Assembly (NCBI GenBank): GCA_964304625.1
Contig: OZ199839.1
Coordinates: 2,947,223 to 3,011,222, forward strand
From: Kudoa neothunni
Taxonomy: Eukaryota > Animalia > Cnidaria
Direction of reading: 5' to 3'
DNA: 64,000 bases
Positions 12,601 through 25,728 of this stretch are shown here, one piece after another; the stretch's first letter is position 1, and every line of letters starts with the position of its first letter. The notes beneath the pieces were generated by a model. The model worked only from the letters and a program-made list of their open reading frames with translations. It did not search any database and had not been told where the DNA came from. Both the position numbers and the translations under genes were made by a program.

Positions 12601-15600
12601 CGATACTAAGTTAAAAAACATTTATTAAATAAAACTTAATATTATCTATTTAATATTTTACCGACTTAAATAATTTTTAATGGTAAAGTTCGATTCTAGG
12701 AGGGACCATGCTTGATGGTTCTCTCATAACATTTTTTTAAAGATAAAATGACCAAACAATTATAAATTATATAATAGACTTTTGGGTCGAGAATTTTTTC
12801 GAATTAGCTTAAAAATATTGAAATACCTTTCCGATGAATTGGCATTCGTTAATGTGCTAATATTACTGAAAGCAGTTCCATAGGAAACAATAGCCATTAA
12901 TTTATTGTGCATAGTAACCACTTCGGAATAACCACCAATCATATCACAGTTAAGATTCAAACACTGTCTTCTCAGTTCAATACGCAATTCTTCCCACCAA
13001 TTCTTGTTCAAACGAATCATATCTAAGTTGAAATGATAAGCAATGTATCAGAAATGATCTTAATGAGGAGTGTTACATGACGTGTGTTTGTTTTCAACCA
13101 CACGCACAGCCATTGTAGTAACCACACCACCTATTGGGCCTAGAATTTGGTTGGGGACTGCTTTCAAATTGCAAATAGGTTGATTCTATATAGTTTTTGA
13201 GATAAATAACACGACCCAACTCCAGCCTCAATTACGTATATTCCATTTTTGTAACGTATTGCATTTTTTCGAAGGCTAATCATCGAATGTTCAAGATCAA
13301 TGTTGTCTGGATCAGAAAAGTGGTAATCTAACGTGTAAATGTCACTATCAAAATTGAATAAAAAATCCAACTTTACCAGAAGATGGATTTACAGAGCTGA
13401 GACGATTAGTTCGACGTTTTGGTGTTGATAAGCCTCTAAAAATAAATATTCCAAGATAAACAACTGTCACTCTACTCTCATCTTCCTGAAACTCACTCTA
13501 CATTAAGCCCAGCTGCTGGATTTTTCGCTATCGTATTCGAAGGAGTTACACATCCACCACTATTAGCAAGCGTAACACAAGTTCCTATGGCTCTTGCGAT
13601 CACTCTGGTTTCGCCCTCAATATCGAAACTCACTTTGAATCTTCAGTACGGAGTAAGATTAATGTAAGACGACACGAAGATTTTAGTATACACATACCCT
13701 AATACAGCATTGCTACCTAGGCTAATTGCCATCGAAACCATTTCGTTAGTAAGTCGAGCTAAATAACGCAATCACTAAAAATAAAAAATATTTGTTCCCA
13801 CCGTAGAGATCTCTAAATAAACTTTGTCGAGCTTCATTAGAAGACCTGGATGATCGAATAAAGTTGCTGAACTGATTAAAAATTTGGCTGGATATTATCA
13901 CACGTCAACTTGATAAAAATTACATAATCCTCTGTGTCATCTTCGACAAGAATGGGATTAATAAGAGCCTGAATTTCCACAAGGTCGCGCCCAAAAGGCA
14001 CTCTGTCAACTAAACATATGTTTAGCTTCGTTATTAGTGCAAGAAAAATACATGTGTAAATGTGAAAATTGTTTTTGCGGAACAGTTTTTTCTTTTTATT
14101 ATCAAACAGTTCCAGCTTTACTGAAATTCGCAGATAACCTCTATTACCTAAAAAAGACGACTATTTTTATTTCATAAAGCATGCATATTTGAATGCTTTA
14201 TTATTGAACTTCATTTAATAAAGAAAACGCTTTAAAACCGAAGGTATTCTGAATAACAATTTACGTAAAAAATGATTTTTTATTTCGACTTCCAACCCTT
14301 ACACGAGTGAAAATGATAATACAGTCAGTGGCTGGTTTTACGCATTTTGTAACAATCAACACAATTTGAATAATCAAATGTACAATCAATATATAATATT
14401 TTTTAATGTTTTTATTAAAGAACCTGGACCTAAATAATATAATAAAGTTGTGAAATTTCCAGACTGTTAATCACGTGACTTCCGGGTTTAAGCACGTTTA
14501 TCGGAACGTTTTTGAAAAAAATAGATAAATTTTGTTTAGTATTCGAAAGAATTTAATGAAATTAAACGAAATCAAATCCAAACAGGAAATAATAAAATAC
14601 ATCCACAATAACTCCAATTTTGTTACTATAAGGAACCAAACATATCCTTCATATCCAACCCCTATGGCACCTTAAAAAACAAAAATAAATTTGTTTAGAT
14701 TATCGTTTTCATTAGCGAAATTATTAAAATGAGTTTAAAAAATTATGCAAGTTTGACAAAAAAGATCGAACGATTATGATCGCGATGCTGAAAATTATAT
14801 TTCAAAATATTTGGACGACTTTTTTGGACCAAAATAACTAATTATTTTATTTCTAACTGAAAAAAATCATTTTTTTCTTAAATGTATACAATTCAATTAT
14901 ATTAAATAGCTATGTGTATTATTATGTGAGCTTGCTGGTATATACGTAAAACTAGAAGTTAACAATTTCACGCACATTTTTCCGCGATTCCGAAGGAATT
15001 ACGTAAAACTTGTCACTGACGGTATATGTGTAAACGACTAGGATATTTGTTGAATAATGCATCTCACTCAATATCAGTTTTCCCACTCTTGTTCCTCGCT
15101 CCATCATATTCAGCAATATTTGGCATTAACGAAAACGGATCAAAGTTATGAATTCTATTTAAGAACTAGTGAAAAATCACGGCTTTCCCTGATAGCGTTT
15201 AGTTACTTTTTTAATGTTTGGATAATTTTGGATTAGATTAGTTCAATATTAAAATAAATTTTTATACGGAAATTTAAAAAAGGAACATTCGATACAAATA
15301 AAGTAAGTAGGTAATCTTATTTAAAGAAGACATTTTTTATCCTACATTCATGTGAATCAATATGGTTAATTCCATAAATAATTTTTGTCAATAAGGAGTG
15401 AAACATATATCGATTGACTAAAACGTTATGATTAAAAAGCGACAATTTTATTATGAAACGTTCTTAATCCTCATTGGAAAATTTTAATAAATTACTTCAT
15501 AATTCATTAAAATTGAATAATGATCAATTTAAACTTAACAAAAAAGTTTTAATACACAAGTTAATTCAAAATCACATAAAAACTTTTATTTAAAGAATAT

Positions 15601-18464
15601 TACTGGTCACATTTGCGCACTCGTAAACACACACGCACTGATCATTCTACACATTATCAGATTATATAACGCGATTTTAGTATCATAGATTCTTCCTAAA
15701 TTGATTTTAGTTTGATATACATTAACTTTAATCACTACAAATTACATCGACTGTGCTCTTAGGGAGTAGTTCAAGCAACTGTTTGATAATATTTATTTTC
15801 CGCATATGTGATGTCACTAAATACGATCTATCTATGGATATATGGTATATAATAATTTGATATTTTTAATTTTAACGAATAAAGATTTATCAATTTTCCC
15901 ACAATTGGAAGATCTATTAATGAGTTATATAAGGAAAAAATGTCAATTGTACATGCGTACTTTTTTACGCACACAATATCTCTTCTAAATATATATAGAA
16001 CTTTTAATTTTAATCAATTACTTCATATTTTAAAAAATTCAGATTGATTATATTCACTTAGAATGACAACTATGTACATTTTCTCCTAATAATATCTTCG
16101 TTAGAAAATTTATTAAAGATAACTTTTAAGATTTTAATATAATTTTTGATAAATGTTTGCATATCATTATTATTTTTATTCTTATTAAATAAATAAATGA
16201 ATTTCAAAAAATTGTAAAATAATAGGATTTTGTTAAATATTAGTTAATATAAATATTTTATTACGTTAAGGTAGTTATTTTTTATCGTTATTTCGAAATT
16301 ATTTTTATAATTTGTTAGTAATTTACAAAACTCTAATAAAAATAAGAGATTCGCATAAAAATATCTTAATTAATAGAAAGATCGCTATTTGACGGTTAAT
16401 TAAATTCAATTTATTTAATAGTCCCTTTTATCTAATTAATTATTTCATTGGGGTTTTCAACTGGTAATTTGCAAGAAATTAACAAAAAATTATATACTAA
16501 TAAAATCATTTCGTGTAAATATAAAAACTTAGACTGATTATTTCATAAAATAGTATGAGGTTTGCTAGCTGGTACTAAACAACAAAATTAGAAAATTAAT
16601 CAATATGAGAAGTGTTCAAAGGAAAATGAGAGTAATATCGATATCAAGTCTAACAACATTTCTACTAAAACTATTACGATTGATTATACTTGGGTAGTAA
16701 AATTAGGTTAAATTTTAACAAATATTTTTTACACTGATCCATTTTAATAATTTTTTCCAAAAAATAACCCCCAAAATATAAATTAGATTGGGAATAGAAA
16801 AGATAATGATTGATATTTCCTCCATATTGATATCTATTTTGAATAGCAGTTATTTACACCATGTAAATATTGTCTAATAGTGCTCATAAATTTCCACCAC
16901 ATCCAGTATCATTAATTAGACGGTCAACATTTACAACTCCCTCAGAAAAGAATTCGCAGACCCCACGATTGGAAACACAATTAGAGTTTTTTGAATTATA
17001 ATTAAGTTTATACTAATTTTAAACCATAAAAAAGTTTTTCGTGACGCGCTGTAATAATGGGTTTTCATTTGTTTTAACAAAAGTGCATTTCTAGTTATGT
17101 TTTTCATACAATTTAAAATACCAAATTTGGAGAGAAAACCTGCTAAATAACAAGGGTAACACCGTATATTTCGATTTGAATGTTAAAGTTAAGTTAGAAT
17201 TTATGATTCCAAGGTTTTTATCAGATTCACAAAAATTAATAATCACAATTTATCAAACCTGAAATGATTCAAATGTGATATTCACCTTTACAAAATCAAT
17301 TCACATAAAAAGCTAATTTAGTTAATGGCAGGACCCCATCCTTAATTTAATAAATTTGCAAATAAATTCAACAATGATAAATATTTATGCATCCTTCTTA
17401 TTTTCAAATATATTTCGATGTGAAGTGTGACGTCAAATCGGCATTGATTAGGTTTAAAAAACCAATTTACTCATCAACGTCGCTAATTTCCGCCAACAGC
17501 ATCAAAAATTTCCCCACTTTTTTTTAACAGGAAACCTTAAAATTTGTGTCTTTGTAATTTTAATTAATTTACACATTTAAAATCGCAAGGATAAACTAAA
17601 GTAAATCTTCTTATTAAGATAACTTTATTTTATTAAAAGACAGTTAAAAATTTGAATTCCACTGAAATCAGGCATACTCTCTCTTAATATAACACCAAAT
17701 TTAATCGATTTTTGATGTTATTATAGTCATCAATAAATAAATGAATTTTTAATATTATTTTACCCTCCTAAATTGATAGCTTAAATTAAAAGAGAAACAT
17801 TTATTGCACTATTGATGTTTTTAAGTATAAAGCGTTATCAATTAGTTTGTAGAACTTCAACCCATGTGAATGTCTTTCAAAAACCTACCTTGCATAGTAT
17901 CGTATAAAGGAAACCACCCAGATAAAGTATTATGAGGATAACCAATAACCAGCGGTGATAACGATATGGAAACCTAGAAGGCGTCATCCAGTAGAATCGA
18001 ATAAGCAAAAATTAAGGCAACCAATACTTTTCCAATAACTTTATTAGTAGAATAAGAGTCATAGTCCATGAGTCTAAAAATATGATTATAGATTTTATGG
18101 GGATCACAGAAAAAACATAAAACAGACCTAATATGCAAGAGTTGAAGCATGAGATCGCTATCTGTAACCTACAGAGTTACTTCAAAGTGTGAAAGCTGAA
18201 AATCTAAATCCTACCTTAAACTGAAATGTTTCTTTGCTAAAAACCGGATTCAAAGTATCCCAAACAAGTTGAGTTTTGAAATATTGCCCACAAAAATTTA
18301 TCTAAAAACCAAATTTGTATAGAATCATAAATTGGCTGGCAGAATTTTAGTTTAATTCAACTCTCAAGTCCTACCTCAGCAAATGCATCTGTAAGTTCTG
18401 TATTTTTATTCATCACTGGTAGTGCTCTAGCTTCGATAACATTTAAATGCACAAACGACTCCAT
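9604..18464 (-). CDS. C2CD5: C2 domain-containing protein 5 (KIAA0528-like), many exons; large introns 11828-12826 and 14148-17888
   Basis: Spliced N-terminus MESFVHLNVIEARALPVMNKNTELTDAFAE-INFCGQYFKTQ...LMDYDSYSTNKVIGK...SGWFPLYDTMQGNRG matches the C2CD5 C2 domain. Also SNEARQ, GSNAVLG..FDIEGE..ARAIGTCVTL, WWEELRIELRRQ..GGYSE, and C-terminal CQVSGD. Confidence 0.92.
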
Positions 18465-18751
18465 GCTTTGATCCTGACGCACGCCTCATTAATGCGCAAG
18501 TTTAAATCGCTCCCCGGACACCTAGTAAAACTCTCACATCTTAATTTATTGTTTATAATCAGCGCATCATAATGTGCAGTTAATAAATAAACGAAATGTT
18601 TCGAACCACCATCATAATATGGTATTAGTAGTCGTTTGGTGGCGAGTTTGGTGGTACCATTATTATAATCAGGAATAAATAGTGTAATTCTATGATTTTT
18701 GAGTGTTTAATGTATAATTGTTAATTAATTATTAAAATTAATTAGTTTGAG

Positions 18752-21700
18752 ATGTGGTGGTTGTTATTTATGCTTTTAATGGGATCCAACTTTTGTAAAC
18801 AAAAAAGCCTGGATGAATATGACGATGAAGACTACGATGAATTGTACAAACAATGGACTGTAAGTCAGTTTTTGTTTCTCTTCAATCTGTAGTGATTAAT
18901 TAGTTTGTAATTGGTAGGAAAATGATGACGACCCTGTTCCTGATTTTATTGAGAACAAAAGACCTTCCAAAGAAGAAATGATGAAAGCCGACCGCCCAGT
19001 ATTAGTTGTGGTCCATCTGAGGAATAGCCGAAGCAACGAGGATGCCAAGCGCATCAGCCATCTATGGCAAACGCTGTTAGTGTCTTCAGGCAGTGACGTT
19101 CAAAGGTATTAACTTTATCATCTAATCAGCATCCGACAATTCGTAATTTTAAAATTCAAACGTTATATTTTAATCTAAAATTAAATTCTTCGGTTTCAAT
19201 ATAAGAAATATTAGTATAAAACTATTTTTAAAAATTTTTAATCTATTTAATCTATGCAAGTTATTTAAATTTGTTAAATATTATAATACCTCACCTTCAG
19301 CTTATATTCTGCGTGATTGAAAGTTCCGCCTAGAATCTGACCTTGCTGATTTTATCAAAAATTACTTAAGAGTTTCTCTTCAATTAATATAAAGTGATAT
19401 TTTTATAGAATAATGAGAAAAATATCAAATAATCCCTTAATGTGGATTTCACAGGATGGTTAAAATGTAGAATAAGATCGTAACCCAAATCAGGAGCCAC
19501 GAACAAAAAATAACCTGTTGATTATTTTATTTTAAGTAATTATCGGTGTTACACCACCAGTAGGCTACTTTGGGAAATTGTTATTTGCCACCACAGTAGC
19601 AATTTCCGAGATCTATTAGTGCGGAGAACTTCTAGCCCCTCGCAATTATTTCAACAGGTTATACCACCAATTAAGCTGGTTCGAGTATAATATGCTATAT
19701 TAATTCTCAAATTGAAGTTGAAAAACTCTAATTGTGATGGATTGTCATAATATATCCTTGTTGATGGTCTACTGTCTCAATTCCTTATCTATACGAATAA
19801 GAATCTCATATTTTATACAAGCATTAGCTAATTATTTGTAGAAAATGCATAACGTTATTGTCAAAAATAATTTATTATAATTAATTCAGTCATTCCTACC
19901 ATTAAATGTTCAACATATTTCATGCTAATTCGTTATGAAAAATGCAGGATTAATCTACGAACTAATTTTAATCTTTAATAGGAAAATACGGCCATTATTC
20001 TGCATTTTAACTAACCCATGAGCTTTTTAAAACAACAAAAAATTCTATTATTGCCATTCCTATCCAATATGGGACTTATTCAAATAATAATAATAATGAC
20101 AACAACAACAACAACAACAACAATAAATATTATTATTATTATTAATTATTATATTGAGTGTTATGAATTGATAAATCGGGCAATGTTTGATTAATAATAA
20201 GCTCACATCATTAAATATGCAAGAGCTATCGCAATTACAATGGTTTTTGTATCATGCGAGTATAATTCAATTAAATTAAGGAAGTGGCTATTGGCATAGT
20301 AAATAATATTCAGATATCAATAGTTTTGATAATATTTAACCTTTTTGTTCCTAAATATTTCTTTTGTTTCGATAATTTTTTATATTAAGCAAATATTAAA
20401 ATTATATACAATTCGATTTTTTTACAATAAATAATTTAAAGTTTTTTTAATCTGTCCGCTAAGCTAAGATGGTCAATGCGTATTTAATTAGGTGAGCAGA
20501 TTCGCGCCGCGCATAAGAGAATTTAAAATACTCGGCGGACTATATAAGGTCGTGTAAGTCATTAAAAATCGTCACTTTAATCTCCAAATTTTTATGTCGA
20601 TTAAAAACGTTTCTATACTTTTCCTCCTTATCTATATCTATAAATGCTATAAACGACAGGCAATCTATTTTAAATACTTTTACGTTTTCTTCTCTCACAT
20701 ATAATTATCAGAGTCCAAACTATATCCGCACATTATGAAAGTTTATTTTATGTAATTAAAATTAAAAGTCACGAGAAAAAAGTAATCCATAAAGAAGTTT
20801 TTTAAAAAATAGGGATTATCGATTCTACCTAACTTTTAGGCTCCAATCTTAATTTTCAAAATCCTTCGTTTTAATTAATTACATCCGTGCTAACAATATA
20901 AATAATTTAGACATGAAGTAAAGTTTATTATTTTTTCATTTTTCTTTGATTTGCGAATGAAACACCGTAAATCTTTTATATGTGGTGATTTTGATCTCGT
21001 ACTTATTTCTGTTTTGGAAACTCCTGAAACAATAATATCTAATTGATTTCCCCATGTAAAATAAGTTCGGATTCATTCAAACAAAAATTATGAACAAAGG
21101 ATCAAATGATAATTTTTATGCTATAGTTTATAATTGATTAAAAACATTAGAGTCAAGAAAACCGATTTATTATTGGCGATTAAATATGTCTCAGCTTAAT
21201 TTAAAAATGGTCAGTTTTATTGAGTGGGCATTTTTTCACTCAAATCTGTTACCATAACTAACAGAACAAATTGAATGCTATTACTGCAAAATCTTCTACC
21301 AACTTTTTTCCACAATTTATACAAAATTACACTATTCAGTCAACAAAAAATTGTCAAATTATTTTAATATGTGCACATTTTCTAATGTAAACTTTGATTT
21401 ACGTCTGGAATCCAATTCACATCTAGATAAGCGAAGTAGAATGATTCATGCGCTAATTTTATACGTCTATTTCTGGTAGTTATTCAGATCGTCCTTTGAT
21501 TTGTCATCACAAGACCTAACGATTGTTTAACGACAATAAAAATTTATCCATTTAATTTGAATAAAATAAGAAAGCAATAATGATGATGGAACATTTAAAA
21601 TATACTTTATTTGTTAAAATGATAATTTCAACAACATTGTTAACAATTTATATGTATATCTCTGTCGCTCAACTATTACCCATGGAACTAAATTCTATAA

Positions 21701-23048
21701 CATCATTATCTCATTTTTCGAAAAATTCAGCAGGTTATCTACTATCTCTCAATAAACGAATAATTAATTTTCAAATTCTAACTACAGTCGAACCTCGATT
21801 ATCCAGAAATATAGGGATTTAGCATTTTCCTTTGGGATATTGAAATTTTGGTTAAACGAAGTTCGATGAATGCGCAAGCGCAGTGGGTAAAAATTGTAGG
21901 TTGATTGCCTACTTTATTTTTCATTATTCAATGTTTGTATTATATTTTAAACCAAACTCTAATATATATATATATATATATATATAAAGTTATACAATGT
22001 GAAAACATTAGTTTAGGTTATAGTAGTTCTAGAATCTATATCCGACGTAGCCGGCGCACGCACACCGCCAATATATTCTAGATTCTAAAAAGTGGACTAT
22101 TATTATTAATTTTTTTATAATTTCCTCAAAATTTGGATATTTTAAGCTATACTATTAATAAAGTAACAATGAGGAGTATTTTCCCAGAATTCTCCATAAC
22201 GATATTTAGAATTTCCTCATTAATTAAAATATGTCATATTCCAACTATTTAATATTGATTAATGATTGTTAAAATTCAATAAGACTTAAAAATAGAGGTG
22301 TTATGAGGAAAAAACTGATGTGTGAACATTGTTGAATTGAGCCAATTCCGTGGATAAATAAATTGGTCTTATGAATTAACCGCTAGTTTGTGATTAAACA
22401 ATCCAATAGATTCCATTTTTGTATTTTATTACTCGTGAATATAAAATATTATGTTATCTACGTTACACTATTTCTATTTCTATTTATCAAACATAAACTT
22501 AAATTGAATAAATAACGAATGTATGAATCGACAAATAGATGTAGGTGCCATTTTAACCATGCACTAATCCAGACCTTAAGTCTCAAGGTATTTTTAGCGG
22601 GAAAATTCCAGCAAAAAGTTGTTTCAGATTGCGCGGTTGTTGGAATTTCGGTTAAACAAAATTTTTCTAATTAGAATCTACATCATTTTCGAATAAACGT
22701 GGTTCGACTGTGGTCACAATCAAAGTTAAACGCATGGGACTAAATTTGTACGTGCCAACAAACACTTTTGAAATTTGACATTAAATAATGATTTTTGCGA
22801 TTTTAAACGGTTGCTGACCACCCCCTTATTTAGTTAGTATTCAATTTTTAACAATTGATGATTCTAGGTACGTGCTAGGTCACGACAAAATTATTTATTC
22901 GGTGAAACCCGGAAAAGAATTGACCAACTTGAAGCAATTTTTAAGCACCCTCCAAAGTCCTTATTGTTCCAAGTATGTTATTGATACAGAGGAGCATTCA
23001 TGCGAATATAATGACGATGGTGGCGCAAAATTAGACGACGAATTATAA
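18752..23048 (+). CDS. MESD: LDLR/LRP chaperone MESD (Boca), 3 exons; 3762-nt intron 19106-22867
   Basis: Signal peptide MWWLLFMLLMG, DEYDDEDYDELYKQW, ISHLWQTLL..DVQR|YVLGHDKIIY..LKQFL, C-terminal ER-retention-like DDEL*. Confidence 0.88.
20083..20140. repeat. Compound (AAT)n(AAC)n(TAT)n microsatellite in MESD intron
   Basis: Read directly. Confidence 0.9.
21785..22710. mobile_element. Tigger/pogo-like MITE in MESD intron 2
   Basis: TIRs TA|CAGTCGAACCTCGATTATCC and CGAATAAACGTGGTTCGACTG|TG; contains a (TA)n run at ~21962-21986. Confidence 0.8.
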
Positions 23049-23161
23049 AATCAACACATTCCACACTATTTAAATTCTACAATCTTATAAATACAGCCTC
23101 AAAATCAAAAAATAGTTCGTCTTTGTCTAACATTGAAAAAATCTATTTTTTGTGGTGTTAT

Positions 23162-25654
23162 TTATCTTCGTGCTGTTTTTCCAGCTTTGCGTTTTCCACT
23201 CAACAAATGTTTAGGATTGAGATCGAATATATGACGATCTGCTTCACCCTTTTTGGCTAGTTTCTTGATTTTTTTCATATGGTGAACTTTGAGCGCATCA
23301 ACTTTTTTGCTCTAAATTCGAGTTATACAAATCGAACATTTATTTCCCCTGTTAATCATCTGTATCATTAGAATACCTTGTCACCAACCACGCCACTTTT
23401 AATTTGAGTCATTTCATGTGAAAGTTGTGCGTCGGAGCGGTCTCGAATGGATCGGCTACGCGAGTTCACACTTCGAGACAAACGCTTTCTGGGGTAATTT
23501 GCATCATCATCACCTTCCATATCAACCTCATCAATCAAAGCATTATCGGATTCTTCGTCGCTGCCATCAACATTTTTGCTCGGTTCATTGGCACGATTGA
23601 TAAGGGTCTAAATAGTGTTGAAAAAAAAATCAACTGAACAACAACCACATCGACATAAGCTTACTCTTAATAAAGTGGTTTTAGGTAACGCTGCACGGCG
23701 TTGATTTTTCTTGAGCGCATGTTCCATCATAAATAATTTCTTTTCCGACTGGATCTGTCGGTTCAAATGGAACAATTGATTTTCTTCGTGTGTAAATTGG
23801 TTCTACAAAAATAAGCACAATTAAAATATTTAAATGTTATGCGTATCAGCCATTACAATCTCATAAAAACCAGCATCCTCTCTAAGGCGTTCTTCCATCA
23901 GCAATTTTTTCAAGTTGTTGGTCACATTGGGATCCACAAAATCGATTATATTTTTTCCATCCATTATTTCGGGGATCGGATCAATTGTAGGTTCCAAAGC
24001 CTCGGTGTATTTACTGGGATGGGTGGGTGGCATTTGGGTGGGCGGTCGTTGCAAATTATCTCGTTTCTCTGGCACCGCAATATGCAGGCGATTAAGAATA
24101 CCATCGAACCGTTTCGAGTGTATTTTACTCTCCACACGAGCATTCAACAATCGATCACATGCTTCCTGTTTTAGTCGCATCACACCCTCATCGGTTAATG
24201 TGCTTAAAGGCACCATAAATACACCGGACTTTTCCAATTCGGCCAGTTGATCTTTGTTCTCTTGGGACAATTGGTCGGGGGTAACCACATCAATTTTGTT
24301 CAGACCTAGCACAACCGGTTTGTTGGCAAACAACGGCAATAAACTCTTAAAAAGATTGATCTGCTCCTCAATGGAATGACCGCATTGCTCCGAAATATCC
24401 ATCATATACAACACACAAGCATTTATATGAGCCATCGCTGTGATTGATTGCATTTCTATGGTGTTCCTATCCTCAAGTGGATGATCAAGAATACCAGGTG
24501 TATCAATAACCTATCGATAAATTACGTGGTTACGTCGTAGATCGGAAAATGGACCGGCTAAAAATTACCTGCCATCTCAAATAGTTGTAATCAGCGTGAC
24601 CTACATAGAGCGATTTGGTGGTGAAAGAATACGGCTGAACTTCAACCTCCGCCCTGGTGACCTAATTTATTTTCACATTATGACAAATCACTCAAAACTA
24701 TATAAAAAAGATGAGTTCAATTCACCCACATACCTTGTTCATAAAGCTGGATTTTCCAACATTTGGGAATCTAATGTGCACGCTTGTTACTCAAAACTTT
24801 ACATAAAGATCGAATCTACCCGCAAAGAATAAGAGTTCTCATGTTGGGATCGATCGAGGGTAAACGTGACATATGTTGTCGTACTAATTAAACATGTTGT
24901 AAATTGTGTGTGTGTTATGCGTGAGAGCAAATTTACCTTGTTCCAAATAGATCAAACTTGAACCAACATTTTTTATAGCTTTCATCATTCTATTAAAATA
25001 AACAAGCTTAGACATTGCGCCAAGAATATTGCTTATTTGAAGTGTACCTTCCAAGTGCAACTCTTTTAAGACATTTACAACGATACAATGTATCGCCATA
25101 TTTCAATAAACGAATATACTCTTTGGCCACACTATATTTTGAGAGTGATACAACAAAATTAAATAGACAACGCTCAAAAATTCACCAACTTGTCTATAAT
25201 ATTCCTTGCCATATTCACTTGGGACAATGCAATTTTATAATGATCCTTATCGTAAAGAACATTGATAAGATCGCAATAAAATGGATGTATTTCCTATGTG
25301 ACAAATAATCAAAACTTCCATAAACAATCTACACACATCTATCTTAGGAAAATCTTCAATGATTTTAGTGAGACGTTCGTGACAAGTTTGTTGGGTGAAT
25401 TTCACCTTTCTCATGTAAAAATCACGAATTCTTGAGACTGCAAAATGCCTTTGAATATGTAGAGTTAATTTTCGAATACATATGACATAAGTTATTATAC
25501 CGTCTTATCACAGTGGGAGTTTTACGCTGAGTTTTCGAGAGCACAAAATCTGTAAAATCCTACATAAAATTATAGTTTAATATGATAGATAACAGTCGGC
25601 CAAATCTACCTGCCATACTGGCACTGCTTGAATAGTTTTAAACGTATGAGACAT
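23162..25654 (-). CDS. GTPBP4: Nucleolar GTP-binding protein 1 (Nog1), multi-exon
   Basis: [27 protein letters not shown] (G1), [18 protein letters not shown] (G3), NKID (G4), C-terminal [17 protein letters not shown]. All introns checked are short GT-AG. Confidence 0.97.
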
Positions 25655-25711
25655 TGCGATTGAGCCTAACTCGTGAGACGATCCAATACGATAATGCTAC
25701 TATGCGAGATC

Positions 25712-25728
25712 AGTTGGCGCATGCGATA
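25712..25728. promoter_or_regulatory. NRF1/EWG-like GCGCATGCG motif upstream of NOG1
   Basis: CAGTTGGCGCATGCGATA about 60 nt upstream of the ATG; near-identical element at 31343-31360. Confidence 0.55.

Noticed and set aside
16446-16982. Possible hAT MITE (GGGGTTTTCAAC ... GACCCCACGATTGGAAACAC)
   Set aside because: Ends too degenerate and no TSD, so not called as a feature.
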